Below are positions 12,459-25,068 of a stretch of 37,853 nucleotides of DNA, piece by piece (position 1 is the first letter of the stretch; each line of letters begins with the position of its first letter). The notes under the pieces are model-generated. The model saw only the letters and a program-made list of their open reading frames with translations. It was not told the origin of the DNA and searched no databases. This DNA comes from Ministeria vibrans ATCC 50519 (Eukaryota; Protista; Filasterea), in the NCBI GenBank assembly GCA_943704425.1, contig CALSCP010002433.1, forward strand, positions 1 to 37,853, given 5' to 3'. Both the position numbers and the translations under genes were made by a program.

Positions 12459-12716
12459 GATGCAATAAAAATGAATATATTAAAAATAACAGTAATAAAT
12501 AAAACTCATTTAACTCAAAGGAGATGAACATTATACAATGAAGAGTAACACATGAAACACAATGCTTCCGTCATAGGCTAGCCCCAAGATTCAAGATTGT
12601 GAGTATTCAAGAAGATGGAGCCCTCATAGACATTGATCATGAAAGAGTCAATCTCAAATGAATGATTATGAATATCTCAATTAATTTTCATTTTTTATAA
12701 CTGAAAACTCAAAAGT

Positions 12717-13085
12717 TCACTCAGGATTGGATGCGGGAGGCGCGGCAGCAGAGGAGACAATGACGTCGGGTCCAGGGATGACGTTGAGATCAGCGGGTTC
12801 GACAAGGGGGGGGAGTTGTTGTTGCGGGGCGGAGGAAGGCGCTGGAGGAGAAGGAGAGCGACTACGACTGCGCTTGCGACCGCCGCTGAGGATGCTCTTG
12901 CTAGCGGAGGAGGAGCTGTTGCCCTTCTGCTGGGCACGTTGGCGCTGTGCACTCTCGGGGGCACTGTCATGGAACGATGCACTGTCCTGGCGGTCGTCGT
13001 CGTCGTCGCTGTCGCTCAGGTCGTTTTCGTGCTCCACAGTGCGATCACGCGACGCGACTATTTGCAATTGCGTATGAGTAGATGG

Positions 13086-13159
<74 letters not shown>

Positions 13160-16146
13160 NNNNNNNNNNNNNNNNNNNNNNNNNNNNNNNNNNNNNNNNN
13201 NNNNNNNNNNNNNNNNNNNNNNNNNNNNNNNNNNNNNNNNNNNNNNNNNNNNNNNNNNNNNNNNNNNNNNNNNNNNNNNNNNNNNNNNNNNNNNNNNNNN
13301 NNNNNNNNNNNNNNNNNNNNNNNNNNNNNNNNNNNNNNNNNNNNNNNNNNNNNNNNNNNNNNNNNNNNNNNNNNNNNNNNNNNNNNNNNNNNNNNNNNNN
13401 NNNNNNNNNNNNNNNNNNNNNNNNNNNNNNNNNNNNNNNNNNNNNNNNNNNNNNNNNNNNNNNNNNNNNNNNNNNNNNNNNNNNNNNNNNNNNNNNNNNN
13501 NNNNNNNNNNNNNNNNNNNNNNNNNNNNNNNNNNNNNNNNNNNNNNNNNNNNNNNNNNNNNNNNNNNNNNNNNNNNNNNNNNNNNNNNNNNNNNNNNNNN
13601 NNNNNNNNNNNNNNNNNNNNNNNNNNNNNNNNNNNNNNNNNNNNNNNNNNNNNNNNNNNNNNNNNNNNNNNNNNNNNNNNNNNNNNNNNNNNNNNNNNNN
13701 NNNNNNNNNNNNNNNNNNNNNNNNNNNNNNNNNNNNNNNNNNNNNNNNAAAAAAAAAAAAAAGGTAAAGGATACCTGAGCGACGAACGTCAGGATCGTCT
13801 TCGGTGGTATCCTCGATAATGGTGCGTCGGGGCACCTCCTGCATCTGCACACTGGGCGCATGGGCAATGTGTCGCAGACTCTCGAGGAGCGTTGCCGTCA
13901 CCTTGTCGAGGTACGCCTGTGTGTTGAGGTTCTCTTGGTTCGTCGGCTGTACTTTCAGTTGGAACTCGGGCCCATAGTACTCGTAGTACGTGTCATAGGG
14001 GAGGTCTAACAACAAAAAACAGCACGAAAAAAAATGTGTAAGTCGAGGTATCTAAGATAAACCCCTAACCCTAAAGGGAGTGCATGTACCTTGTGCAACT
14101 TTGGTGCCTAGTGCAATGGCAGTCTCGTACGTCCAGCACCGTGCAACATTGCGAATAGTGTAACCGCCGCCTAAAAACACACACACATAGAAAGAGACGG
14201 ACAACCATTAATTAGTAATGCTGAAATAAATCAGCTTGTTTTTACCCCCGAGAAGCAAAAGAGGAACATTGAATGAGCGCATATACTCAACACACTGCGA
14301 ATGACCTAAACACAATAATACAATTAAAGTGACATTTCAGTGATAAAATTCAAAAATAAAACAAAATACAACAAGTTGTTTTAGTTTGTTTAGAGTATAC
14401 CCTTAAGAGATAGGTTGAAGCAGCCAAGACGATCGCCGGCAAGAGAGTCGGCGCCACACTGAAGAACGACCGCACCCGGACGGTACCACTCCATCACTAC
14501 ACACGGGACGCGCAGATGGTGTTAGTGCAGAGTAAGAGGGGTGCGTGTGCGATGGGAGAAAATGAGTGAGAAAGATACAAATGCGCGCAGGACATACAGA
14601 GAGAGGAGGGAGAAAGAAACAAAGTGATAGAGAGAGAGAGAGAGAAAGGATGGGGAAAGAAACAAAGTGATAGAGAGAGAGAGAAAGGATGGGGAAAGAA
14701 ACAAAGTGATAGAGATAGAGATGGAAATGGAGCGTAATGGGTGAACGGTGAGTGGTTCATCGAGAGTATGAGTAAAAAAAATTAACAAGAAACATAAAAA
14801 AACACGTCATACACAATGTTGGTAAAGCCGTTGTAACACATTCCCTTTCACACACATTCACACAGCCATAAAACATATAACAGCGCACATACCTTTTGCC
14901 AGAATGGGACGGAAGATGCTCTCGTAGCTCTCATCGTCAATGCCATCGCGCAATGGGAAGTTGAGCGCATAGTCCTTCCCACGACCTGCTCCATGGTCCT
15001 ATCATACGCAGAGACACCACGTGTAAAGCACACATACACACACAAAAATATTGTAATAAGAAATTCGTTCTTACGCGGATGTCGCCAGTGCCGGGAAAGT
15101 ACTCGCCGTACTTGTGGAAGCTCACAGTCATGACACGGTCTGTCGTGTAGAACGCCTCTTCAACGCCGTCTCCGTGATGGATATCGATGTCGATGTACAG
15201 CACTCGGTTGTGCACGCTGCAATCAACATCATCCCTCTTAATACAATTATGTTTTCCGTTGATGTGTGTTCGACGACGTACGTGAGCAGTTCGAGAATCG
15301 CCAACACAATGTCGTTGACATAGCAAAATCCCGATGCCTCTGACTTCTTCGCGTGATGCAATCCACCAGCCCAGTTCACAGCAATGTCACAGTCGCCTGC
15401 GTTCAGCTTCATTGCGCCCGCTGCGTCGTTGACACACACAAAACACAATCGTTGGAAATTCATCAACTCAGTTTTCGTTTCTCAAACACACACAACTCTT
15501 ACAAATCGATCCGCCAGCGCTGATCTCGCAAAATTCATACAGGCCGTCAAAGACGGGACAATCTTCGCCAACGTTGACTGCACACAAAGTTAAGGGAACC
15601 ATAAATAAAACGCTTTTTTTCTCGGTCTGACTCCTTCGAACTTACAGCGTGCCATTTGTCTGCCCTGATCACTCGAGTTGTCGGGCGAGATGCGCCGCAG
15701 GAAGTTGACGTAGTCGTCGGAATGGAACATCGTCATGGACTCGAACGACGCACGCGGCGGACGCTACGGTCACAATGAGGATTTTGGCAAATGGTTGAGA
15801 GACAAAAAAAAAAAAAAAAAAAACCAACAACCGTTCGAAAGTTAAAAAGAGAGAGAAAGAGAGAAATAGAGATTGGTGCGTACGTAAATGTCCATCTTTT
15901 TGTAGAGGCCGTAGTTGAGGAGGAGGCTGTGGGTCATGCGGATGCGGTGGGGCTTCATGGGATGCCCTTGGCCGTAGTAGTAGTTGCCGACGTCCTGGTC
16001 GTAGTAGTACGCCACGCGCCGCTTGGACTACGCACGGGAGAGCATGGTGAGACTTGTGTACGTGTGTGTGTGTGTGGGTGTCATAAAAAAAGACGTCTAG
16101 TGAGAATGGNNNNNNNNNNGGGGGACAGCAAATGAGAGAGACAGAT

Positions 16147-16177
<31 letters not shown>

Positions 16178-16255
16178 CATAAAAAAAGACGTCTAGTGAG
16201 AATGGTAACAGCAATAGAGAGTGCTGTCGCTCACCTCTTCACCCAGTGCCGACAT
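12717..16255 (-). CDS. HDAC1: Class I histone deacetylase (RPD3/HDAC1/2), spliced
   Basis: [98 protein letters not shown], and an acidic tail ENDLSDSDD. Confidence 0.97.
13088..13158. repeat. (CA)n microsatellite next to an N gap in the last HDAC intron
   Basis: Directly visible. Confidence 0.95.
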
Positions 16256-16507
16256 GGTATTTGACGACGTGAAGACGAAAAAAAAATTAAAAGTCAAAAT
16301 GTCAAATAGTCAAATTTTGATTTGTGATAGTGACAAGTCGCATTTCAAAGTTAAGTAAGGTGAACATCTCTTCATTGTGTCTTGAGTGGCGAAGCGGTCT
16401 GGTTCACTCAGTGGATGCAAAAAGTAACAAGTTGCAAACAAAGGAAGTGTAAATTCAAAAGAAGCGAGTGCGTGTACTTGAGACAGGAGGAGAGAAAAAG
16501 AGGACGC

Positions 16508-17597
16508 TCACTTGACAAGAGGTTTTTTCCCGACACAGCGCACCTGGAAGCCAATATCAGACATGGCCTTGTCATCCAAAATCTAAAAAAGGAAATAACA
16601 GAAAGAAACAAAAAAAAAAGTCAGTGAAGTGATGAACGAGGAACTATTTTTTTTCCGAGTGTACGAGTCGGCCGTCAAAGAGGAAAGCGGGCTTGATCAT
16701 ACTGGCGTAGATGCGAGAGTAGTCGAGGGAGACAAACTGACGCCACTCAGTCAGAATGCACAGAGCATGAGCATCGGCCGCACACGCGTACTCGTCGGAC
16801 GAGATGGTCACGTGTTTGCGCACTGTGAGTGAAAGATGATCAGTTTAATTTCGACGAGAGTGGATTAAGGATCGATTGATCGAATAAAATGAACAATAGA
16901 AAATGAGTGGGAAAACCCAATGAGGCTCACTGAGACAGAAAACCGGAACAAGGGGGAAATGAACAAGAAAAAATGCGACGACACACGAAACACAAAATTT
17001 AATGTCAAAAAAAATCGTATTTTTGTCGTACCATTGTCCTCACTGAGATTGCACATCCCCTCATCAACCAAATCCTCAAAAATCTGCTTCTCGGTGACCT
17101 TTGGATCAAAAATGGCAATGTTAGCCCCTTCGTTCAGCAGCGCCTGACACACGGCAATGGCGGGCGACTCGCGCGTGTCACCCGTGTCCTGTTTAAATGC
17201 AAACCCCAAAATCGCAATCTTCTTTCCCGCAATGGTGTTGAAGAGAGACCGCACAATCTGATCGGCAAAGCGCTGTTTCTGGAAGTCGTTCATGAGAACG
17301 ACCTGGTGCCAGTACGCAGCGACGGAGGGCAGCGACAGCGACTCACACAGGTACACCAAGTTCAAAATGTCCTTTTGAAAGCAGCTCCCGCCGAACCCTA
17401 AAGGGAGTTCGGTTAGAGGTATGGATGGGCTACTTTGTTTCTCTTTCCATCACTTTGTTTCTATCCTCCCTCTATCACTCTTTGTTTCTCTCTATCACTC
17501 TTTGTTTCTCTCTATCACTATTTTCTCTCTCTCTATCACTTTGTTCTCTCTCTCTATCACTTTGTTATTTCTCCCTCCTTTCTCTCTCTCTCTCTCT

Positions 17598-17649
<52 letters not shown>

Positions 17650-19269
17650 CTTTGTTTCTTTCTCCCTCCCTCCTCTCTCTCTCTCATACCAACTGAGGCA
17701 CGCAAGAACTTGGGGCCAATGCGAGAGTCATGGCCAATAGCCGTCGCGACCTCCTGCACATCAGCACCCGTCGCCTCACACACCGCCGAAATGGCATTGA
17801 TGGACGAGATGCGCTGCGCAAGGAAGGCATTTGCTGTCAGTTTGCTCAATTCGCTGCTCCATGTGTTGGTCGTGCAGATGCGCTCCCGCGGCACCCACTG
17901 GGCGTACACACTGGCAAGTGCCTCAATCGCAGCCAGACCAGACTCAGTCTGGCAAGAAGAAGAAATGAGAAGCAGTCGTTAGGCACAAAATAAAAGAAAG
18001 ACACACTTTTTTTTCATTTCTCACTCACCTGAGGTCCGCCAATCAGAACACGGTCGGGCTTGTGCAAGTCATCAATAGCCGTTCCCTACACATCCATCAT
18101 CCCCATCAGTCCAATATTCAAGAGGTGATTTGCTCTATTCACCTCAGCGAGAAACTCGGGATTGGACAGAATCTGAAACTCAATGCCGGGCTTGGTGTTC
18201 GAGTTGAGGATACGCTACACACAGAGAAAACAAAGTGCCTGTCAACACACACCACAAAGTCACAAAATACCCCACAAAGACACACACACACAAAGATGCA
18301 CAAACACCACAAAGCCACACAAACACACACACACACCACAAAAACTTACACATCACACCACAAAGACACACACATCACACCACAAAGACACACACACACA
18401 CACACACACCACCACCACCACCACCGCCACACCAACAACAAAGACACACACACACACACACACACACCCATCCCCACCTCCATGGAGTCGGCCGCCTTGA
18501 CAGGCACTGTCGACTTCTCCACCACAATCTTGCTTGACGTCGCTGTTGCCGCAATGCGTCTCGATGCAGACTCAATGTACTTCAAGTCAGGTGCACGGCC
18601 CTTGCCAAGCCCATACGTCTTCGTTGGCGTGTTTACACACACAAAAATGATATCCTACATTTTTATTTTTTAAAAATACCACTGTCAAAAAAGTAAGATC
18701 GATCAAACAACGTCTTACCGCCTTCAAAATGGCTGCATCGACGTCGGTCGAGAAGAACAGATTGCGGTTGCGTGTGGACTATAGAAGACGCACCGGGAGA
18801 TCAGTGCACAGGAGAGACGTGACAGACACATCAGCAAAAAAAAAAAAAAAGAGAGAGAGACAGCAAAAAAGATTTTCCTCTCTCTCAACGCCACTCCAGA
18901 GGGAACACAGCAGCTTGTGGCGGTGGAGCATTACCGTGACAATCTCAGTAAGACCAGGCTCGTAAATGGGGAGGGAATCCGAGTTCCAGGCGTCAATGCG
19001 AGGCTGAGAAAGACGAAAGGAGGACGGGCGGTGAGCATGGAGAGCCGACACAGCGCACTCCCTTACCTGCGAGATGTCCACCACTGTCACGGTGATGTTG
19101 GGGCACATCTCGGAGATGACGGCGCAGGTTGGGCCGCCTGCGAGCCGGACAGACGAGAGGGAGAGAGAGAGAGTGTGTGTGTGTGTGGATGAGTCAGGGG
19201 GTCTGATGATGAGTGGGCGTTTATACCAACATAGCCAGCGCCAATGCAACAGATGTTCTTTACTTCCAT
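16508..19269 (-). CDS. UGDH: UDP-glucose 6-dehydrogenase, spliced
   Basis: [13 protein letters not shown] Rossmann motif, [61 protein letters not shown] (catalytic Cys), [19 protein letters not shown]. Confidence 0.97.
17430..17690. repeat. Intronic CTCTATCACT(TTGTT) minisatellite grading into (CT)n
   Basis: Directly visible in a UGDH intron. Confidence 0.9.
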
Positions 19270-19919
19270 GGTGATGTGTGGGGAGTGGAAGGACGGATGA
19301 GAGTGGGGAGGGAGAAAAAATAACTGTTTCCTCGTCAATTACGTCAAATGTCAAATGTCAATCGTCATTCATCATTCGTCATGCAGAATTCAGAAATGAG
19401 AGCAGAAATAACTGTGTGTGTGTGTGTGTGTGTGTGTAACAGAATACGCTTTTTCGTGCTCGTGCTTTGCAAGATCACAATTAAATTTAAGCTTAGCTCA
19501 CCTCTATGAAGTGTTACTCGGCAAGGGAAGAGAAACAAACTGAGCGAGTGAGTGATAGACTGACTGAATGAGTGAGTGAGGAGTGAGTGAATAAGTAAGT
19601 GGAGCCAGTGCCCTGTGTTGCGTCTCGGAAGCACTGCCATGATCAACTTCATCAAAGCACTCCAAGAAGAGCACAAAGACAAGGCGCTGGCGACGACTCG
19701 CTCAATTTTGATCGGTCCACTTTCACGGGTGAGCCGCTGTGCTTTGCAGTGTGCACCAAGACGTAGCAGCAGAATGGATGTTGGAAGAAACTATTTTCGA
19801 TTGAACTTGGTGGTGACAGTGCTGAGTGAGTGCAGTACCGTTTTGTCACACTTTTGTGATGCGTTTGAAGAAAAGTATATTTATTACTATACAAAAAATA
19901 ATTAATAGAATACAACCCA

Positions 19920-21510
19920 TTTATTAATGATACAGTCACCACGCGAAGACACAGCCAGACCGCCTTGCAAACTCGACCGAAACTCTAGAGGTAACATGGG
20001 AGAACAGTGGCAGGTCATAGTGCTGTGTCGACGCTATCCAGCGAGGCAATCGCAATGGTACGCCATACCCCCAGAGNNNNNNNNNNNNNNNNNNNNNNNN
20101 NNNNNNNNNNNNNNNNNNNNNNNNNNNNNNNNNNNNNNNNNNNNNNNNNNNNNNNNNNNNNNNNNNNNNNNNNNNNNNNNNNNNNNNNNNNNNNNNNNNN
20201 NNNNNNNNNNNNNNNNNNNNNNNNNNNNNNNNNNNNNNNNNNNNNNNNNNNNNNNNNNNNNNNNNNNNNNNNNNNNNNNNNNNNNNNNNNNNNNNNNNNN
20301 NNNNNNNNNNNNNNNNNNNNNNNNNNNNNNNNNNNNNNNNNNNNNNNNNNNNNNNNNNNNNNNNNNNNNNNNNNNNNNNNNNNNNNNNNNNNNNNNNNNN
20401 NNNNNTTGGTCGCGCGCAATGCCTCGGCAAGGGTCTTGCCGACCAGTGAGTCGTGTCGGTGTCGGTACACCGCTGGGTGAGCACAGTGGAGCAGGAAGTG
20501 TTCCGGGCTCTCCAGCGGTGGTTGTTGCAGTTGTTGTTGTTGTTGTTGTTGTGGCTGTGGGATGGCTGCGCACGCCCGACACCGGAACGTGTCGACCGAC
20601 GCGCCGGCGGGGATGTTGAAGCGCGCAAAAGCTGGGCCCGCCATGCCCCGGCTGATGCAGGTGGTGCCCGTGATGAGTGCGTTGCAGCGCAGCAGTAGCA
20701 GCACTTGCCCCGATCTCTTCGGCATCTTGCTCAGGTACTTGGATGTGCTCAGTGGGTTGTACCTCCTGTCTTTGAGTGGCGACGCGCTCGTAGGTCCGCT
20801 GAGGCTGGGCGTGTCTTGGAGACGCGCTCGCCACTCGTTTGTGGACAGACTCTCCGCTGCCTTCACGAGCTCGCCGTCCTTGACACGGTCGTAGCACAGG
20901 ACCCGTCTTGCTGGCGCCCCCGCCGGCATTGGGTGCAGCGTCTCGAGCGTGTTGAGGATCGACAGCGCGTGAAAGCGCTTTTTCGCTCTCGGAGCCGTCG
21001 CTGCACTTTCCGGGGTGTTCGCCAGCAGTGCCTCGAACACCTGAGATGCCAGGGACACCACCGCNNNNNNNNNNNNNNNNNNNNNNNNNNNNNNNNNNNN
21101 NNNNNNNNNNNNNNNNNNNNNNNNNNNNNNNNNNNNNNNNNNNNNNNNNNNNNNNNNNNNNNNNNNNNNNNNNNNNNNNNNNNNNNNNNNNNNNNNNNNN
21201 NNNNNNNNNNNNNNNNNNNNNNNNNNNNNNNNNNNNNNNNNNNNNNNNNNNNNNNNNNNNNNNNNNNNNNNNNNNNNNNNNNNNNNNNNNNNNNNNNNNN
21301 NNNNNNNNNNNNNNNNNNNNNNNNNNNNNNNNNNNNNNNNNNNNNNNNNNNNNNNNNNNNNNNNNNNNNNNNACCGCTCCTTGATCCCCGCCGAGATTGA
21401 CTGGGCGAGCCTGAGCCTGCGTGTGGGGCGCACACCCGGTTCCGGTGTGGGAGCCGTGAATGAGCCGTTGATACAGAGGCCAAGGTACTTGAAGCCCTTT
21501 TGGTCGTCGA
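19920..21510 (-). mobile_element. 5'-truncated non-LTR (LINE-type) retrotransposon ORF2 remnant
   Basis: Starts at the RT C-terminal motif GFKYLG and ends with a CCHC knuckle CRAC...ESPEHFLLHC. It is an intronless GC-rich island with two N gaps, stop at 20015, and AATAAA at 19925-19920. No YADD motif or endonuclease is seen upstream. Confidence 0.75.
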
Positions 21511-22092
21511 CTAAATAGAGAATCGAGAGCAATGTAAACAAAACTATCACAAAACTATAGTGACACATAGTACAGAAACATAAGATAATTTATTGAGCGG
21601 CACAGCTTGAGGTGTCACTGTCTGTGCTTTCCCGAGTTCTTCCCGAGGCAGGGATGCGAGGGCTGCTTCGATTTTCGCAATAGGGGTGTGTGGGAGGGAG
21701 TAAGGCAGTGAAAATGTGGTGTGCTCGCTTCGTGCTCGCTCGAAGAACCGACGCACTTTGACAAAGCCATTTTGAACTTTGTATATAGACAAATGATACC
21801 ACGACACACCCAGTCACCCACTGACCCACGCCAGAAACGATCAACAATTCGTAAGAAGCTGATACAACACCGGCACGTATCATTGGTACATAATATAACT
21901 TCATAATAACGTGCTTCAAAGATGTGTGTCTCGAATGACCTTCTCAGCAGTGTATCAAGCACAATCAGATGTAAAAATTCCAACGCTGCACACAGTTTGT
22001 TATGAAATATAATAATAATAATAATATAATAAAGATAAATTATTTTGTAATTATATTGTTCGTGCTGTTTCACTTTGGTGAGGTAGTCATTA

Positions 22093-23195
22093 TTAATTTT
22101 TTGATGTTGAGTTGAGACGTTTGAGGGTACGTGCGGCCTGCTCGTGGCCCTGTGCCGCTGCCTCTTTGAACCATCGCACTGCACATTCCAGGTCCTTTTT
22201 CACTCCTATAGTGTGCACAGGCGACAAGAGGAGTGAGTAATTGATTAAGTATATCAAAATTAATAATAATAAAATTGATAATTATAATAACAAGTTAAGT
22301 CAATATTTTTGAGTATGACGTCTTGAATCATAATAGTTAAAGTTTTATACCTTGTCCGTTGTAGTACGCTGCACCGAGATTAAACTGCGCTCGAGAATCT
22401 CCTCCAGACGCCGCCTGCTCATACCATCGCAATGATTCCGTCATGCTCTGCACATGAAAAAAAAAACATAATAATTAATCAGTATTGTAATAATTAATTT
22501 AATTCTTTTTTGATTGCACCTTTTCTACTCCTTCCCCGAGCTTATAGCACACTGCTACATTGAACATGGCACCAGAAAGACCCAACACAGCGGCTCTCCT
22601 ACAGCAACAAAACATTAATAACATTAATCTTAATCTCAATTATTATTAGTATTTTCTTCTTGTACAAGTAGAGGTCAAAGGCCTTGACGAGATCCTTCTC
22701 GACACCAATGCCCAACTCGTAGAACACGCCCAAGTTGAACATGGCCGAAGGACGATCTTGGGCTGACGACAGTTTCAGCAGTCGTGCAGCTTCTATCACA
22801 TCCTACGAAAAGGCGGAGATATAAATAATAATAAAATTAAACAACAAAGAAATTTAATGCATTGTTTCATACTTTGGTCACTCCTTTTCCTTCGGCATAG
22901 CACAGTGCCAGATTCTGCTGAGCACCTGCGTGGCCCTTCTCCGAGATCTTAATGAGCAACTGGACGCCGCGCTGGACGTCGCGAGGACAGCCGCGTCCGT
23001 CCACGAGACACACACCGTAGTTGTAGCCGCTGTCTTCGTGTCCCTTGGCACTTGCCTTGGCCCAGTACGACACGGCCGCCCGTTCGTCGCGGTGGCACCC
23101 CAGTGCCGTTGCCAAGCACACCCCCATACAATACTGTGCGTCCGTGTGTCCCTAAGTACAAAGCAAAAAAGAAAGGTATTTGTTCAGTCATGCAA

Positions 23196-23229
<34 letters not shown>

Positions 23230-25068
23230 GTTCAAAATTGAAAGGTTTGCACGCAGAGCATCAATAATTAAGTCGTTGAAAAGCAGGACGATATCAAATG
23301 TAACAAAACATACTTTATACAGAAGAGAGTAACGTAAACCCCAAACACAAAAAAGTGAGTGCGAAAAGAGCAAAAGTCAATGAAACTCAGCAATAAATAA
23401 TTCTAATAATAATTAAAAAAAAGTGGGAATGAGAAATCATTTCCTCATTCCATTACAGAAATATATACGCAATAATATATAACAAGAGAAGCCGAGATGC
23501 AAGTGTGTGCGGTCGTATAGCGGTTAGTATGCCCGGCTGTGGTCCGGTAGACGGCGGTTCGACTCCGCCTCGCACTCCCTTTTTTTTTGCTTTTCAATTT
23601 TTTTTTTTTTTGCAATAATACTAATACTACTAATAATGAAAATAACAATGATAATAATAAAAATATCAATAATAATACTAAATACGTTCTTAATACTCAT
23701 CCACCCACCCAAAATACGACATAAAGATTAACAGAAAAGTAGAACAAATTAATAATAAATATTATTAAAAAAATTGAAACGACGTGAAAAAGTAACAATA
23801 CAAGACAAAGACGCAATTAATGCTATTACAGGAAAGTAAAGCATACTAATATTAATCGCAACCTCCCCCCAAAAAAAAACATCCAATGAGTGATCAAAAA
23901 ACTAAAATTACCTGCTCTGCAGCTTCGTGGAACCACTCATACGCCTTCTCAAAGTTGCGCTGAATGCCCGACCCTGTCTTGTAGCACACGGCCAGGTCGT
24001 ACTGCGCAATGGCATGTCCAAGACGAGCAGCTTGACTACACCACAACAACACCACACAACAAACAAGATTAAATAAGAATAATAATAATCATAATAATAT
24101 AACAATTTGATCTGACTCGTAGCAACGAAACGCTGCAAATTTGTTCTTTGGCACTCCCGTGCCCAGCTCATAGCAAGTGCCGAGGTACGTCAATGCCCCC
24201 GGGTGGTTCTTCTGTGCAGCGTCCCGGAACATCTTGGCCGCCTTGGGCTGGTCCCGCGTCATGCCTTTGGTGCCAAAGTAAATGTCTAAGAAAGAAAAGC
24301 ACAGAGATCGTCAACACAAAGCAAACCAAAAAAAAAAAAAAAAAAAAAAAAAAAGAAGAAAGAAAAAGTAAAGAAACAACCTTGAGCTTCCTGGAAGATC
24401 TTTTCGGCAGCAATCATTTCAGGGGCGTCCTTGGGCAGTGGAAAAGGGGATTCGTCGTCGCGCGCCTTGATGGAGTTGCGGCGTTGTCGCAATGGCGGAG
24501 CAGCTTCGTCGGCATCCTGCTCGCAGGGCGTCTCAGGGGCGGTCGACGGGGCAGACGGCTGGAGGGCGGCTGCCGAGTTGCTCACCGAGGTGGGGCGCTG
24601 CTTGCGACTGTGTGCGGCGTGGACGGGAACCGCAACGGAGACGTCGGGCGCCACAGACGAACTACGGTTCATTCCGATGTGGCTGTTGCTTCTCCTGTCT
24701 GGCAGCATCATCGAGGGGCGTGCAGCCGTCGACAGCGGCGGCGTGCTGCTGACAAGCGAATCGCGCGAGCCCGATGTGCTGCGCTGTTGCAGAGCGGTTT
24801 TCTGCGGCTGACTAATGCTGCTGTTACTGCTGTTGCGCGACATTGGAGCGGCCGCAGCGGACGCCGCACTGCCGCTGCTCGAGGGCGTCGTCATGCCGGT
24901 GACGAGGCGTCGCGTCGTGGGCGACATGGGCGTCTTTTCCTCTTCTTCTTCTTCTTCATCGTCCGACGATTCCTCCTCGTCCGAATCGTCCGGAATCTCG
25001 TCCGCTTTTACAATGTACGAGTACTTTCGCTTGAGCACCGACGGGATATCGTCTTCGTCACTACTCAT
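22093..25068 (-). CDS. Sel1-like repeat (SLR/TPR) protein with a long Ser/Pro-rich disordered N-terminus, spliced
   Basis: Repeated units such as AQQNLALCYAEGKGV, AMFNLGVFYELGIGVEKDL, AQFNLGAAYYNGQGVKKDLECAVRWFKEAAAQGHEQA, joined by GT-AG introns. Confidence 0.9.
23506..23577 (+). tRNA. tRNA-His (GUG), antisense within an intron of the Sel1 gene
   Basis: Cloverleaf: D arm GTAT-AGCGGTTA-GTAT, anticodon loop CT-GTG-GT (GTG at 23539-23541), T arm GGCGG-TTCGACT-CCGCC, acceptor TGTGCGG/TCGCACT, followed by an oligo-T run. Confidence 0.9.
23580..23588 (+). terminator. RNA polymerase III oligo-T terminator
   Basis: T-run beginning 3 nt after the tRNA discriminator base. Confidence 0.75.

Noticed and set aside
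12816-13867. ORFs with poly-HT/VC/X tracts, and similar poly-LS, ER, N, Y, I ORFs elsewhere
   Set aside because: These are translations of intronic microsatellites and N gaps.
14060-14078. Telomere-like CCCCTAACCCTAAA
   Set aside because: Only about two units, inside a short intron; compatible with chance.
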